Shown one piece after another: positions 1 through 10,042 of a DNA stretch of 64,000 bases (its first letter is position 1; every line of letters begins with the position of its first letter). The stretch lies in contig JAEOSK010000001.1 of NCBI GenBank assembly GCA_016840405.1, positions 94,820-158,819 of the forward strand. The letters are read 5' to 3'. The DNA is from Candidatus Hermodarchaeum yapensis (GTDB taxonomy: Archaea; Asgardarchaeota; Hermodarchaeia; Hermodarchaeales; Hermodarchaeaceae). Position numbers and translations under genes: made by a program. The notes beneath the pieces were generated by a model. It saw only the letters and a program-made list of their open reading frames with translations, did no database searches and was not told the DNA's origin.

Positions 1-1020
1 TACAAAGGTGATGTGGGCTCGGCCACCGCCCAACAGATTGAACGCAAGAACAGTGAGGCCTGGCGTTCATTCTTCGCCCTCCTCTGATTAAAAACGAAGG
101 GACGACTTCCATCCCATATCAACTGCGTAGGTCCACCGGGCTACTGGAAGTATCGTCGCACCAATACACGGAAGCTCATCATTATCTTTCGCTGTGATTC
201 CTATCGATTTGACGAGGGCATATTATATCTCCCCAAAAAATTGACTGTTAAATGGCAGGGGAAGCCCAAATGGGTGGGTTGGACCAAACAGGGTCAGCTA
301 ACCATCCACTATGATAATGTTACTGGCAAGTGGTATGCCCGTCAACCAGTGGAGGTTGAACCTCCCCATCAACCGCTCTCGCATCGGAGAGCCTTTGTTG
401 GCCTGGGCGTGATTAATTTGCTGACCGTTGCCCTGGATGGTGCGTGGCAAACGTTGGTCTACAGTGGGCGTTCGGTCTTGGCGGATTGGTGGTATCTCTC
501 TCATCGGATTGATCGGTTGAAGTCTCTAGCAAAGACGATAAACCATCGGAAATCAACGCATCGGATCCGTCGGTTATTTCGTCGTCGTCTGCGGTTACGC
601 CAGTATGTGAATACGGTGGTTCGTCGGGCGGTAGCTGATTTGTGGGCGCACGGTGTGTCGCAGCTGGTGGTAGGGGATCTCACTGGGATTCTGGCGGTAA
701 AAAGTGGTGGGCGGAAGGCTCATGCGATGACACATAATTGCTGGAGTCATCGGTATCTTATGCAACGGATCACGGAGGTGGCAGAAGAATATGGTATTGT
801 GGTGGAACGGGTGGATGAGCGGGGCACTTCAAGTAAGTGTCCACGCTGTCGGTCGAAGCGAGTAACACGACTAGGTCGCCTGTTCAAATGCCAGGAGTGT
901 AGATTAGAAGCTCATCGAGATGGTGTGGGCGTAGTCAACATAGGGCTTGCTCAAGGCGCAGCGTTCCCTGGGGAAGTCGTTAACGGGGCAGTGGCATGCC
1001 CTTTGGAGGTCAGTGGATGA
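1..1020 (+). pseudogene. tnpB: IS200/IS605-family TnpB, 5'-truncated by the window edge and inactivated
   Basis: Frame 1 reads as TnpB from base 1 (SATAQQIERKNSEAWRSFF) with an in-frame TGA at 85-87. RuvC-I reads AFVGLGV (catalytic Asp appears as Gly); CPRC/CQEC zinc finger; RuvC-III HRDGVGVVNI. Confidence 0.9.
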
Positions 1021-1060
1021 CATCCAAGAATCTCCCGGCTTTAGCCGTGGAGAGTGTCAA
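971..1060 (+). mobile_element. IS200/IS605 right end / omega-RNA scaffold of the first tnpB element
   Basis: GAAT + hairpin (CTCCCGGCTTTAGCCGTGGAGAG) + terminal TCAA at 1057-1060, the IS608-type GR/CR pair. Homologous to 35277-35360. Confidence 0.85.
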
Positions 1061-1064
1061 ATTG

Positions 1065-1286
1065 TGACATCCTTTCCTTCCTTTTAGAAGGAGTTTCGGA
1101 CTGTTCCTTGCTGTTACACTCGTCGCCGAGGCCCGTTTAGCCCAAAAATTATCAGGTTCTGATGTTGCTCCGCCCCGCACCTGCCCCTTGTTCAGGGGAA
1201 TTTCTTGCACATGCCGGAGGGGGCATCATGTACGGAGATGCAGCCCTGCCACATAATGACTGGGGCAATAGTATTCCAGTCGGGCA
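1065..1286 (-). ncRNA. Unclassified structured RNA with group I intron-like core motifs
   Basis: Minus-strand TATA (TTTATA, 1317-1312) ~25 nt upstream; many helices including CUCG-GCGA-CGAG; R-like GGGCUAAACG and S-like AAGGAACAGUCC; no credible ORF. Confidence 0.5.
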
Positions 1287-1414
1287 TATTTTGAGCTGTA
1301 GCAAAAAATTCTATAAACCCCGTGATTCATCCCCAAGTACAGGTGGAGGGCTTCTCGCCGACAAGGTTAAATCAATTCTGCTTTTATTCCCTCCTTGTAA
1401 TTGGTGACTTCACC

Positions 1415-2728
1415 TTGAAAGATAAAGTGCTCAAAACGTTTGGAAAGACCCATTACGTATCAGAACTGGGTCCCTCAATGAAAGATCAATCAGTCACACT
1501 TACCGGATGGGTTCACCGTAAACGTGAACATGGCGGTGTCATTTTCATTATTGTGCGTGATTCCACAGGTATTGTTCAGGTGGCAGGGCATCGTGGGCAA
1601 ATGCCTGATGTGGTCTTTGATGCTATGCAGCAAGTGACTGTTGAATCGTCCATTGTTGTTACGGGAACTATTACAATTGATAAGCGAGCTCCAACGGGTA
1701 TTGAGTTGAAGGTCACCGATTTTCAAATCATCAATCTCGCGGATTCAGAGTGGCCTTTGGAAAAGGATGCGGGTGAAGCGTTTCTGTATGATAAGCGCCA
1801 CCTCTATCTTCGCAGTCCTAGTCAAACGTCGATAATGCAAATCAAAGCAGGGATTAGTCGCGCGGCTCATCAATTCTTTGATGGAGAGGGGTTCACAGAG
1901 ATTTTTCCTCCGGTCATGGTAGGAGCTAGTGTAGAGGGTGGAGCTACGCTTTTTCCTTTCAAGTACTTTGGAAGTACGGCTTATTTGAGTCAGAGTGCGC
2001 AGTTGTATGAAGAGGCGGCTATTTGTGGCCTAGAAAAGGTGTATTTGTTATCGCCGAGTTTTCGTGCTGAAAAACATAGGACTCGTCGGCATCTCACGGA
2101 ATATTGGCATTTAGAATCTGAGATTCTCTTTGGCACTCATGATGATATTATGGGTGTGGAAGAACGCTTAGTTCACGCGATGGTCTCCTATGTAGAAAAA
2201 CACTACCAAAGCCAATTGAAAATTCTCGATGTAAAGGTGCGAGTGCCCAAACTACCCTTCAAACGGATAACTTACGATGAGGCTGTGGAAATTGCTGGTC
2301 AGCAAGGGTTCACAGTTCGGTGGGGTGAAGATTTGGGGACCGAAGCTGAACGTGCAGTATCGAAACAATTCAAAGATCCCTTTTTCATCATGGGATATCC
2401 GACTGCAGCCCGGTCATTTTATCATATGCCTGACCCTGCACGTCCTGAGGTTACCTTAAGCAGCGACCTCGTTGCGCCAGAAGGATATGGTGAATTGACA
2501 AGCGGAGGTCAGCGTATCCACGATTTAGACCTTCTGTTAGAACGGATTAAGAATGAAAAACTGGATCCGTCTGCTTACGATTGGTATCTCGAGTTGCGGA
2601 AATTTGGATTACCCCCGCATTCAGGGTTCGGGATGGGGCTAGAACGGTTTTTAGTTTGGCTTTTGCGCCTTAAACACATTCGCGAGGCTTGCCTGTTCCC
2701 CAGGACACCCAGCCGGATACAACCTTAG
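1415..2728 (+). CDS. asnS: Asparagine--tRNA ligase (archaeal AsnRS)
   Basis: OB anticodon-binding domain, YLSQSAQLY, FRAEKHRTRRHLTEYWHLE, PPHSGFGMGLER. Start reassigned to TTG 1415 behind GGTGA (1403-1407). Confidence 0.92.
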   Translation: MKDKVLKTFGKTHYVSELGPSMKDQSVTLTGWVHRKREHGGVIFIIVRDSTGIVQVAGHRGQMPDVVFDAMQQVTVESSIVVTGTITIDKRAPTGIELKVTDFQIINLADSEWPLEKDAGEAFLYDKRHLYLRSPSQTSIMQIKAGISRAAHQFFDGEGFTEIFPPVMVGASVEGGATLFPFKYFGSTAYLSQSAQLYEEAAICGLEKVYLLSPSFRAEKHRTRRHLTEYWHLESEILFGTHDDIMGVEERLVHAMVSYVEKHYQSQLKILDVKVRVPKLPFKRITYDEAVEIAGQQGFTVRWGEDLGTEAERAVSKQFKDPFFIMGYPTAARSFYHMPDPARPEVTLSSDLVAPEGYGELTSGGQRIHDLDLLLERIKNEKLDPSAYDWYLELRKFGLPPHSGFGMGLERFLVWLLRLKHIREACLFPRTPSRIQP

Positions 2729-2821
2729 ATTGTCGTAAAGTAAAGTTTTTTCACTATCATTCTGAGGTCGGGGCAAGCTTAAAGATGAGTGTCCGTTCTA
2801 GTAACCAGCTCGGATATCTAG

Positions 2822-3517
2822 GTGCCTTGTATGGTAGTACATGCAGTGTGGATAATCGATACTAGTGGAATCCCACTTTACCATAAGGCATATTCTCCCC
2901 TCGAGTTTGATCCAACGCTATTTAGTAGTTTTTTCTCTTCTCTAGTGCATTTCCAAAGCGAAATGATGGGACGCCAATTACAGGATATCACCTTCGAAGA
3001 TCTCTCCTTTAGTTACATTGTGGATGCTGGCCTCGTATTTCTAGCAAGTGTGAAAAAAGATGCTTCTACTGGGAAGCTGCTAGAGTCCCTCCGAGACGTT
3101 TTCTTCAAGTTCTTCAAAGACGATTTAATTCTCCTTAGTACAATGCTGCGAACGAGTCCAAGGGCTCGCGAACTGCTCCAAAACTTTGAGCTGGAAGTCG
3201 ACACACTCGTCGGGTATACTCCTCAAAAGGAGCCTGTTCCTGTTCGGGTTACGGCCATTCCACGGCTTTTACATAAAGACTCACCAATTCGGCAAGATCT
3301 GTTGCGACGCTTTGGTATGAAGGCGATTTTGATAGTGATGTTAGCGGATGGAACTTATCGTATAAATGACATTTCAACGGCTTTGGATATTCCAGCAAAA
3401 GAAGTTGAAGAAATTGTAGGGCATGCACAACGACGTGGCTACTTGAAAGTCGTTTCTGCCTATCAATCTGAAGAACTTGCACAACCTGAACCCGGGGAAC
3501 AACTTCCTGAACCCTAG
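2822..3517 (+). CDS. Longin-like domain protein with C-terminal winged helix
   Basis: N-terminal VWIIDTSGIPLY...DPTLFSSFFSSL pattern typical of Asgard longin-like domains; C-terminal HTH-like segment (INDISTALDIPAKEVEEIVGHAQRRGYL). Confidence 0.65.
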   Translation: MPCMVVHAVWIIDTSGIPLYHKAYSPLEFDPTLFSSFFSSLVHFQSEMMGRQLQDITFEDLSFSYIVDAGLVFLASVKKDASTGKLLESLRDVFFKFFKDDLILLSTMLRTSPRARELLQNFELEVDTLVGYTPQKEPVPVRVTAIPRLLHKDSPIRQDLLRRFGMKAILIVMLADGTYRINDISTALDIPAKEVEEIVGHAQRRGYLKVVSAYQSEELAQPEPGEQLPEP

Positions 3518-3518
3518 T

Positions 3519-4346
3519 CTAATCGCTCTTCTCTATGCTCCGACGAGGGTCTTCAGCCTTAAATTTCGAGAGACAGGTTTTTTCAAAACATTGGGAGCAC
3601 GTTAAATCGCTTTGTTCCCAACGATTACGGAAAATGTCGAGATACAATCCGCGCACCCATTGGGATGTTGAATATTCCACCATATCATCAAGACCACCTA
3701 ATCCTCTATCCGTAAGTGGTGCGGTTCCCCGCCAAACACCACTATCATCAACTAAGATCCCATTGAAGTGGAGATGAGAGCAAAGACGAAACTCGACGCC
3801 TTCATTTTCCAAGGTTCGTAGGGCATCTGCCTGTTTCCATCGTTCGACTCCCTGAATAAGGGCGGGCGGAGTAGTGATAATGCGGATTTTCACACCAGCT
3901 TCATGTAATTCCTTCAGCAACGTGAGGAGATTCACAACTGGTTTCTGCTCTTCTGGATCAACTAAATCGATGCCATGGAGCTGGTGAGTTAAAATCAGAA
4001 CTCGATATTGTGCTGATTGCAGCATGCGCAGAAGCTGTTGAACAACCTGTGGTCCACGAAGTAACTGTACTTCGCCCCTCCCTTCTTGGTCCGCTAGAGA
4101 TTCTGCTTCTGCCTCGGGAGTAAGATGCGAACGCTTCAATTGGGTTGCATTATTGGCGTATTCTAAACTTCGTTGCATGAGTACTCCTCGTAACGAAGAA
4201 GTATTCGCTCGATCGGCTAATTCCCGTAATTCTTGAGAAAGTTGGGTAAGAAGCTCAACAGCTTCGTCGATTTTTCCCTCTTCCTCAAGGCGCTTTGCTT
4301 CACTTGTGCGAATTCCAATTTCACGAAGTTCTTTGTCCAACGCCAA
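3519..4346 (-). CDS. MIT domain + phospholipase D-like domain protein (MITD1-like architecture)
   Basis: N-terminal three-helix MIT pattern (AKRLEEEGKIDEAVELL...LMQRSLEYANNATQLK); PLD fold with degenerate HKD motif (LHFNGILVDD...GTAPLT); C-terminal CxxCxxxxC. Confidence 0.7.
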   Translation of the reverse strand: MALDKELREIGIRTSEAKRLEEEGKIDEAVELLTQLSQELRELADRANTSSLRGVLMQRSLEYANNATQLKRSHLTPEAEAESLADQEGRGEVQLLRGPQVVQQLLRMLQSAQYRVLILTHQLHGIDLVDPEEQKPVVNLLTLLKELHEAGVKIRIITTPPALIQGVERWKQADALRTLENEGVEFRLCSHLHFNGILVDDSGVWRGTAPLTDRGLGGLDDMVEYSTSQWVRGLYLDIFRNRWEQSDLTCSQCFEKTCLSKFKAEDPRRSIEKSD

Positions 4347-4464
4347 AACGGGTGCCTCCCAGCGTCAAGCCTAAGATTCGCTAGGCGCCCTTACATTTAA
4401 CGCTTTTCTTAGATGGTCTGAAGAAGTTGCCGATGAACTTTAAGCCCACTCTGTCGATAAACCC

Positions 4465-6152
4465 ATGAATGAAACGCGCATTGAAATTCAAGTCAAAGGG
4501 GGTTGCTTCCAATCTCTAAGGTTCTTCGAAAAAGCTCTCCATATTTTGAGGTCACTGAAGCAGATGACAATACCATTAAACGCCTAGGTCAAGTCGCAGA
4601 ACATCTTGCGCCTACTGAGAATACGAAGCCGACGCGGTTCAAATTTCAAATTGAAAAAGCCGTTTTACAGCCTCTGGACGATTTGAATAAACTTTTTGCT
4701 CAGGTTAATTACACTCTGTCGCCAAACCTACAGAAAACCATACTCAAGAAACAAGCAATCAGTAGATACGCTGAGCTCAGGCTCCGGAAGAGCGATCTGG
4801 TCCTAAAACCCACTGGATTTCTAGACCTTACTGGAATCAAATCCTTACTTACATATAACTCGAAAGAAAAAATCTTCCACGCACGAATAATGGACTATTA
4901 TACCATTCATCGGTTTTTAGAAAATAAAGGCTATCCGGTAATCGTCCACTTCGTCTTGGATTTCCAATTACCAGAAGAGGTTAGGAGTCAACTTGAATTA
5001 GATATGGTGCTGCGAGAATACCAAGAAGAGGCACTTCGACGCTGGGAGGGGGCACGCGGTCGTGGCGTAGTTGTTCTCCCAACAGGTGGAGGGAAGACAA
5101 TACTTGCTTTGGAAGCCATTCGGAAATTTGCTGTAAAGACGCTTATTGTTGTTCCTACGCTAGATCTTCTCAGTCAATGGAAAGAAGCTCTCGAAGTCCT
5201 GCTTCACGTTCCTGAAGTTGGTATCCTTGGTGGAGGCAAAAAGACAGTTCACCATATTACGGTTGCGACTTATGACTCTGCATCGCTGTTGGCACATCAA
5301 CTAGTCAATAAGTTTGGATTACTCGTGTTTGACGAAGTACATCATCTCCCCAGCCCTACTTACCGTTTAGCTGCTGAATTCTCATTAGCTCCTCACCGTC
5401 TAGGACTTACAGCAACCCCCAAACGATATGATGAACTCCATCACGACCTCGATCTGCTCGTAGGTCCAACAGTATATCGCATAGCACCTCGTCTTCTAGA
5501 AAAAAATGGTTATCTTGCACCCTATCAAATTCAGCGGATTCAAGTATCTCTCAAACCAGAGGAACAGACTCGTTACGAATCCCATATTCGCATTTTTCGG
5601 AATTATACGCGTCGATTGGACGATATTGAACCTGGCTGGCAGTTTGATACCATTGTGAAACGGACTGTCTTTGATCCCGATGCACGAGAAGCGCTTTCTA
5701 ATCTTGAAAAGGCTCGACGTGTGGCCCTCGAAGCCTCAGGGAAAATTGAACATATAGAAAAGCTTCTTCAACAGTATCGCGATGAAAAGGTTATCATATT
5801 TTCGCGATACACTCGAGTTGTGGAGAAAGTATCTAACCTTTTTGGTCTGCCTCTTATTACTCATAAAACCAAAGTCTCGGAACGCGAACGCATATTATCG
5901 CAGTTCAAGACAGGAGGCTTATCAAAAGTTGTGACGGGACAGGTGCTTGATGAAGGCGTGGATGTGCCTGATGCATCTATAGGAATTATTGTTTCGGGGA
6001 CAGGTAGCAAACGCGAGTTCATTCAGCGTCTTGGTCGGCTTCTCCGACCACAAAAAGAGCAGGCTATCTTGTATGAACTCGTAACTGAATCAACGTTGGA
6101 AGATGGTCTTTCACGTCGTAGGCAGTTTGATGAAGAAGACGGTGGAAGCTAG
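4465..6152 (+). CDS. xpb: XPB/Rad25-family SF2 DNA helicase (ORF track start 4503; probable true ATG at 4465 with a 1-nt frameshift in the G5 run 4498-4502)
   Basis: LREYQ Q-motif, PTGGGKT, DEVH, LGLTAT, DEGVDVP, QRLGRLLRP; Bax1-like gene nearby. Confidence 0.88.
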
Positions 6153-6174
6153 TTGATTCTTGGTGTTCGTCGAG

Positions 6175-6525
6175 TTAATAGCCTTTACTGGCACCGCCCA
6201 TGATGAAGACAAGGCCAACAAGGATTAGGAAACCAGCACCAAGAGAGAGTAGCGCGGGAATCAGGAGTGTTGAATCGATCAAGTAGAACCATCCAACAAA
6301 TCCTACTGATACAGCAATACAGATTCCACCAATTGCTAATTCAGCATAATGGGCTTGGTCGCCAAGAGTCCCTGCAAGGAATAATCCGGCAATGAAGAAG
6401 AGACCTGGAATTACAGCTAACTGCCAAGTTACGGGAGTCAGAAAGAAAATGACAAAGACTTCTAACCAAGCAGCTGCGCCAATCATGATACCGCCAAATA
6501 GGGCTGGACCTGCCATAAGCATCAC
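6175..6525 (-). CDS. Small four-TM membrane protein, unknown function
   Basis: Four hydrophobic segments; fills the gap between xpb and the PIN gene. Confidence 0.6.
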   Translation of the reverse strand: MMLMAGPALFGGIMIGAAAWLEVFVIFFLTPVTWQLAVIPGLFFIAGLFLAGTLGDQAHYAELAIGGICIAVSVGFVGWFYLIDSTLLIPALLSLGAGFLILVGLVFIMGGASKGY

Positions 6526-6618
6526 CGTTTATATTAAGTGAACTAGACACACAAATCTGACTATTTATCTTTTCAGGTATAAAGTGTAATAGTATGTAGA
6601 TATCAAGGAGTTCGGGCT

Positions 6619-8559
6619 GTGTCGAAAACTACGTCCTCTGACCGTTCATCAAAGGTTGCGAAAAAAGCTAAACCTGCACCTCTTCCAGAGGAAGGGCGTC
6701 CTGCTAAGTCTTGGTCACGTGTAGCTGTCGATGCTAATTTCTTCATTTTAGCCTTTGCTCAAGATATTCAGTCACTAAATCGGTTTAAAGAGATTGCTGA
6801 CCGAGTGGCTTTCAAACTTTATACATCTAGTCAGATTTTACAGGAATTACGGGGAAGGCTACGCCGACAAGTACGAAAAGTTGTCCAAGTTATTGATGTT
6901 ACTCAAGACGAATTGGATGCTTACATCGACAAAGCCCGGGATATTGTCGATCGGATTCCACAAGCTCCGGACCTTTCCCTACTCATTGTGCTGAACAAAT
7001 TAAATGAAAAAAGGCTAATCAGTTCCGATTTTCAGCTATTACAATCACTCCGAAATCTTGAACCAGAAATTGAAGGATTGATGGGCAGCGCCTTTCTGTT
7101 ACACCTTCTCGAGAGAAGTCACGAAAACGCTGAGGATACTGCCTTCCTTGAGACTCTCCGAGAACGAGTGTTACACACAGAAATCAAGTACAGCATTACT
7201 CGGCGGAGTGTTTATGATCCTACTACTCGAATCAAGCTAATTGAAAACCAAGCCTTCCAAGTCGTCCGTTCTTTACGAGGACCACGCATTGCTGAAGAAG
7301 ATCTTATTGGCATGACTGATCAAGAAGCGCTTGGGCTGCTTACGTTCCTCCAGGAGCTCCGTCGGAATTATGCCAGTTATGTGAATAAAATACAGGAACA
7401 AAACTATCGAGAAGCGCTCGAGGATATTGGCGTTGACCGTGAAGAACTCTACAATCACCTGGTCCTCCTCTCGTGGGAACTGTCAGCAACTGCACACCGT
7501 AGACTTCTCAGGCAGATCACGCCTGATATGGTGCTCTTAAACTATCTAACTGCGCTCTGTTACCTGTATCTTGGCGAACAAGACGATTTGGAGAAAGCCA
7601 AAGAGGCTATTGAGGAATGCAATCGAATCCTCCTGAGTGTTCGACCTGATGCGACCACCTATCGGCGTTTAATGGTAATGACTCACATGCTCCGCATTAC
7701 CATCAATCTACTCTTAGAGGATTTTGAATCAGCAACTATGTACTTCACCATATTCGCCAGGAAAACACAGGAATGGGGCTTTGTAAATGAACAGGCGACC
7801 GCTCAGGCCCTCTATCTAGCCCTCCTCGTCATCCGTGGAGAAATTACCTCGAAGGAATTCCCGTCTATAACGGATCCGGAAGAGGTGATTCGGTTTCTAA
7901 TTGACCTTTCTTCTATCTATTTTGCACTCAGGAGATTTTCTGAAGCCTGGAATCTTCTCTATCAAGTCCTGTTAATTATTCAGTATTTTGAATTGTTCGA
8001 GATTCTTGAGCCGATGGTCCAGCGATTAATCCTTGTTTATTATGCAGAGGGTCGACGAAGGACAGACGAATTTGATGTTATTTCAAAGAATTTACGCTCT
8101 TGGCTTCAAGAGTATAATCAACCAACAACTCTTGTGGACGATTTGGATGCTGAACTTGCAGAAACAGTAATGCCAACATCTGATTATTTCACAGAACAAA
8201 GCCTGCCATCTGATAAGCTCCATCCTGATTTACAAGAATGGCTGACAGTCATCGACCGAGTGGACACAGTACTCCTTCAAGGTAGCATTCTCATATGTCG
8301 AAGCCGAAAACTCATGTGGAACATCGCTCTCCTTATTCAAGGTGTACTTCAAGAAGAAAGAGCAAAAGGTGGGGAACAAGTGCGGCTTGGTGAAGGAAAA
8401 TTCAAAGTCGATGATCCCCCACCCAGCCTTAAGGACCGATATCACATTCTAGCCCTGATTCATTCCGATCCCACCGGAAGTAGCCGCATTTACGTTCGTG
8501 GAGGAGAAGGACTTCGACTTCTCCAATTGGGTACCCTCTTAGATGAACGCATCTCATAA
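6619..8559 (+). CDS. PIN-domain protein with long helical (TPR-like) region
   Basis: PIN acidic residues in VAVDANFF, ILQEL, APDLSLL and LISSDFQL, followed by ~400 aa of amphipathic helices and a beta-rich C-terminus. Confidence 0.7.
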   Translation: MSKTTSSDRSSKVAKKAKPAPLPEEGRPAKSWSRVAVDANFFILAFAQDIQSLNRFKEIADRVAFKLYTSSQILQELRGRLRRQVRKVVQVIDVTQDELDAYIDKARDIVDRIPQAPDLSLLIVLNKLNEKRLISSDFQLLQSLRNLEPEIEGLMGSAFLLHLLERSHENAEDTAFLETLRERVLHTEIKYSITRRSVYDPTTRIKLIENQAFQVVRSLRGPRIAEEDLIGMTDQEALGLLTFLQELRRNYASYVNKIQEQNYREALEDIGVDREELYNHLVLLSWELSATAHRRLLRQITPDMVLLNYLTALCYLYLGEQDDLEKAKEAIEECNRILLSVRPDATTYRRLMVMTHMLRITINLLLEDFESATMYFTIFARKTQEWGFVNEQATAQALYLALLVIRGEITSKEFPSITDPEEVIRFLIDLSSIYFALRRFSEAWNLLYQVLLIIQYFELFEILEPMVQRLILVYYAEGRRRTDEFDVISKNLRSWLQEYNQPTTLVDDLDAELAETVMPTSDYFTEQSLPSDKLHPDLQEWLTVIDRVDTVLLQGSILICRSRKLMWNIALLIQGVLQEERAKGGEQVRLGEGKFKVDDPPPSLKDRYHILALIHSDPTGSSRIYVRGGEGLRLLQLGTLLDERIS

Positions 8560-8570
8560 CAATAAAAGTA

Positions 8571-9866
8571 ATGGGGATTGCAGCAATGGTGTTGCGACTG
8601 CAATATCTCAAATATCAAATCAGAGGAAACCATCTGCTTCCCTTTTTTCTTGCGCACCCAATGGATCAAGCACTGCCTCAACGGTTGATAGATCATTTCG
8701 AAGCCCATATCGGAAAAAACCGCGGTTCCATTGATTTTGATACATCTCTTACGTGGGCTCCTGACAGTCGAGTGGTTCGCGCGTTGATAGCGACATTACT
8801 GAGTCGGTTTTACGCATTTTCACCCAACCAACTTGAGGATCTTCTTGATGCAACGGAACTCGCTGGATTACGTGGTCAAGGGATTTCGTCTCTTGAGGAT
8901 TTTCGGCTATGGTTTTGGCAATTTGTGCAAAGTGAGTCCGGAGGCTTTTTTCTACGTGACCAACGAAATGAGTTTTTCCAAAAGGTTGCCCACACTCTCC
9001 AACTCCCGCCCCAAAGTATTGAACCGTTACTCACTGCTCATCGAGAAGATGTTATGCAACTTCACCGAAAAAATCACAGTCCCTCAGCAAAAGATGTAAT
9101 CGGTGCTTATAACTACGAAGTGTTAGAAACTCTCCTTTTCAACAGTGACACTGTTGTCATTTCCATTACAGGGAGTAGCTTGGGAGCTACCGCGCGCTCT
9201 CTTCTAAAATATACGAAACGCTTTGGAGTGTTAGTAGATTTAGAATCATCCGATGAAACTCTTCGTGCCACCATTGCTGGACCACGAGTCTTTTTCGGTC
9301 GGGCCTCCTCCTTCGGATGGAATATTGCCCAAGTAATAACTAGTCTACTTGAGGAAGCACCGGGTCTTGGTATTTCGGTGGACAAGGTTTCAATTGATGT
9401 TATCCTACGAGATCGGCACTATATGGTTCAGTTGGACGCTGATTCTATCCCATTAATTATTCCACGAAAGCAAGTTCGTGAAGACGAAGCTTTTCTTGAT
9501 TCCAAGGTAGAGAAACAATTCTTTTGGAGTTGGCATAACAACAAATTTCGGGGCTGGGACATCATCCGTGAACCGGAGGCAATCATCTTAGGATCCCAGT
9601 TAATCATCCCCGATTTTGCCCTCGTGAAAGGGGACCATAGCGTTCTTCTTGAAATCATTGGGTACTGGCGAGAAGAATATACCCAAAAGAAACTCGCACA
9701 ACTTGAAATGCTCAAGCAACAAGGTTTGAAACACATGATCCTCCTTGTTGATACCAAACACCGTCGCTATTTTTCCAAATCCACCTATCCTGTGGTTTTC
9801 TACCGGTCACGAGGAAAACGTTACGAAATTCCTTATGGAAAAATCTTGAAAGTTCTCCCCGAATAA
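8571..9866 (+). CDS. bax1: DUF790 / Bax1-family endonuclease (XPB partner)
   Basis: DSKVEKQF, WDIIREPE, IIPDF, LLEIIGYWREEY..KK (PD-(D/E)xK-like DUF790 motifs); linked to xpb. Confidence 0.85.
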   Translation: MGIAAMVLRLQYLKYQIRGNHLLPFFLAHPMDQALPQRLIDHFEAHIGKNRGSIDFDTSLTWAPDSRVVRALIATLLSRFYAFSPNQLEDLLDATELAGLRGQGISSLEDFRLWFWQFVQSESGGFFLRDQRNEFFQKVAHTLQLPPQSIEPLLTAHREDVMQLHRKNHSPSAKDVIGAYNYEVLETLLFNSDTVVISITGSSLGATARSLLKYTKRFGVLVDLESSDETLRATIAGPRVFFGRASSFGWNIAQVITSLLEEAPGLGISVDKVSIDVILRDRHYMVQLDADSIPLIIPRKQVREDEAFLDSKVEKQFFWSWHNNKFRGWDIIREPEAIILGSQLIIPDFALVKGDHSVLLEIIGYWREEYTQKKLAQLEMLKQQGLKHMILLVDTKHRRYFSKSTYPVVFYRSRGKRYEIPYGKILKVLPE

Positions 9867-10042
9867 TTCGTCAAGCCGTTTAACGGATGGTTTAAATAGA
9901 TGAACCTGGAAGTTGTTGCTCCAGAGTGTACGGATGGGCTGATGCCTTGGAATTTCAACAATCATGAACAATCACTGCTCATTCTTCATCCCCCCTATTT
10001 TGTGCCATCAGTCCCTCGAGCCAATTATTCTCTTCTTAGGAC

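Noticed and set aside
1065-1286. SRP RNA (CAGG-N10-AGCA) or RNase P RNA identity for the structured RNA
   Set aside because: The helix-8-like segment cannot form its stem and GNRA loop, and the RNase P P4 strands do not pair; not supportable by eye.
1322-1414. ORF-track N-terminus of asnS
   Set aside because: It spans promoter-like sequence; the RBS and homology begin at TTG 1415.
4190-4200. Partial match (TAACGAAGA) of the 16954 guide inside the MIT-PLD gene
   Set aside because: Only 9 nt, mismatch at guide position 1 and no matching TAM; expected by chance.
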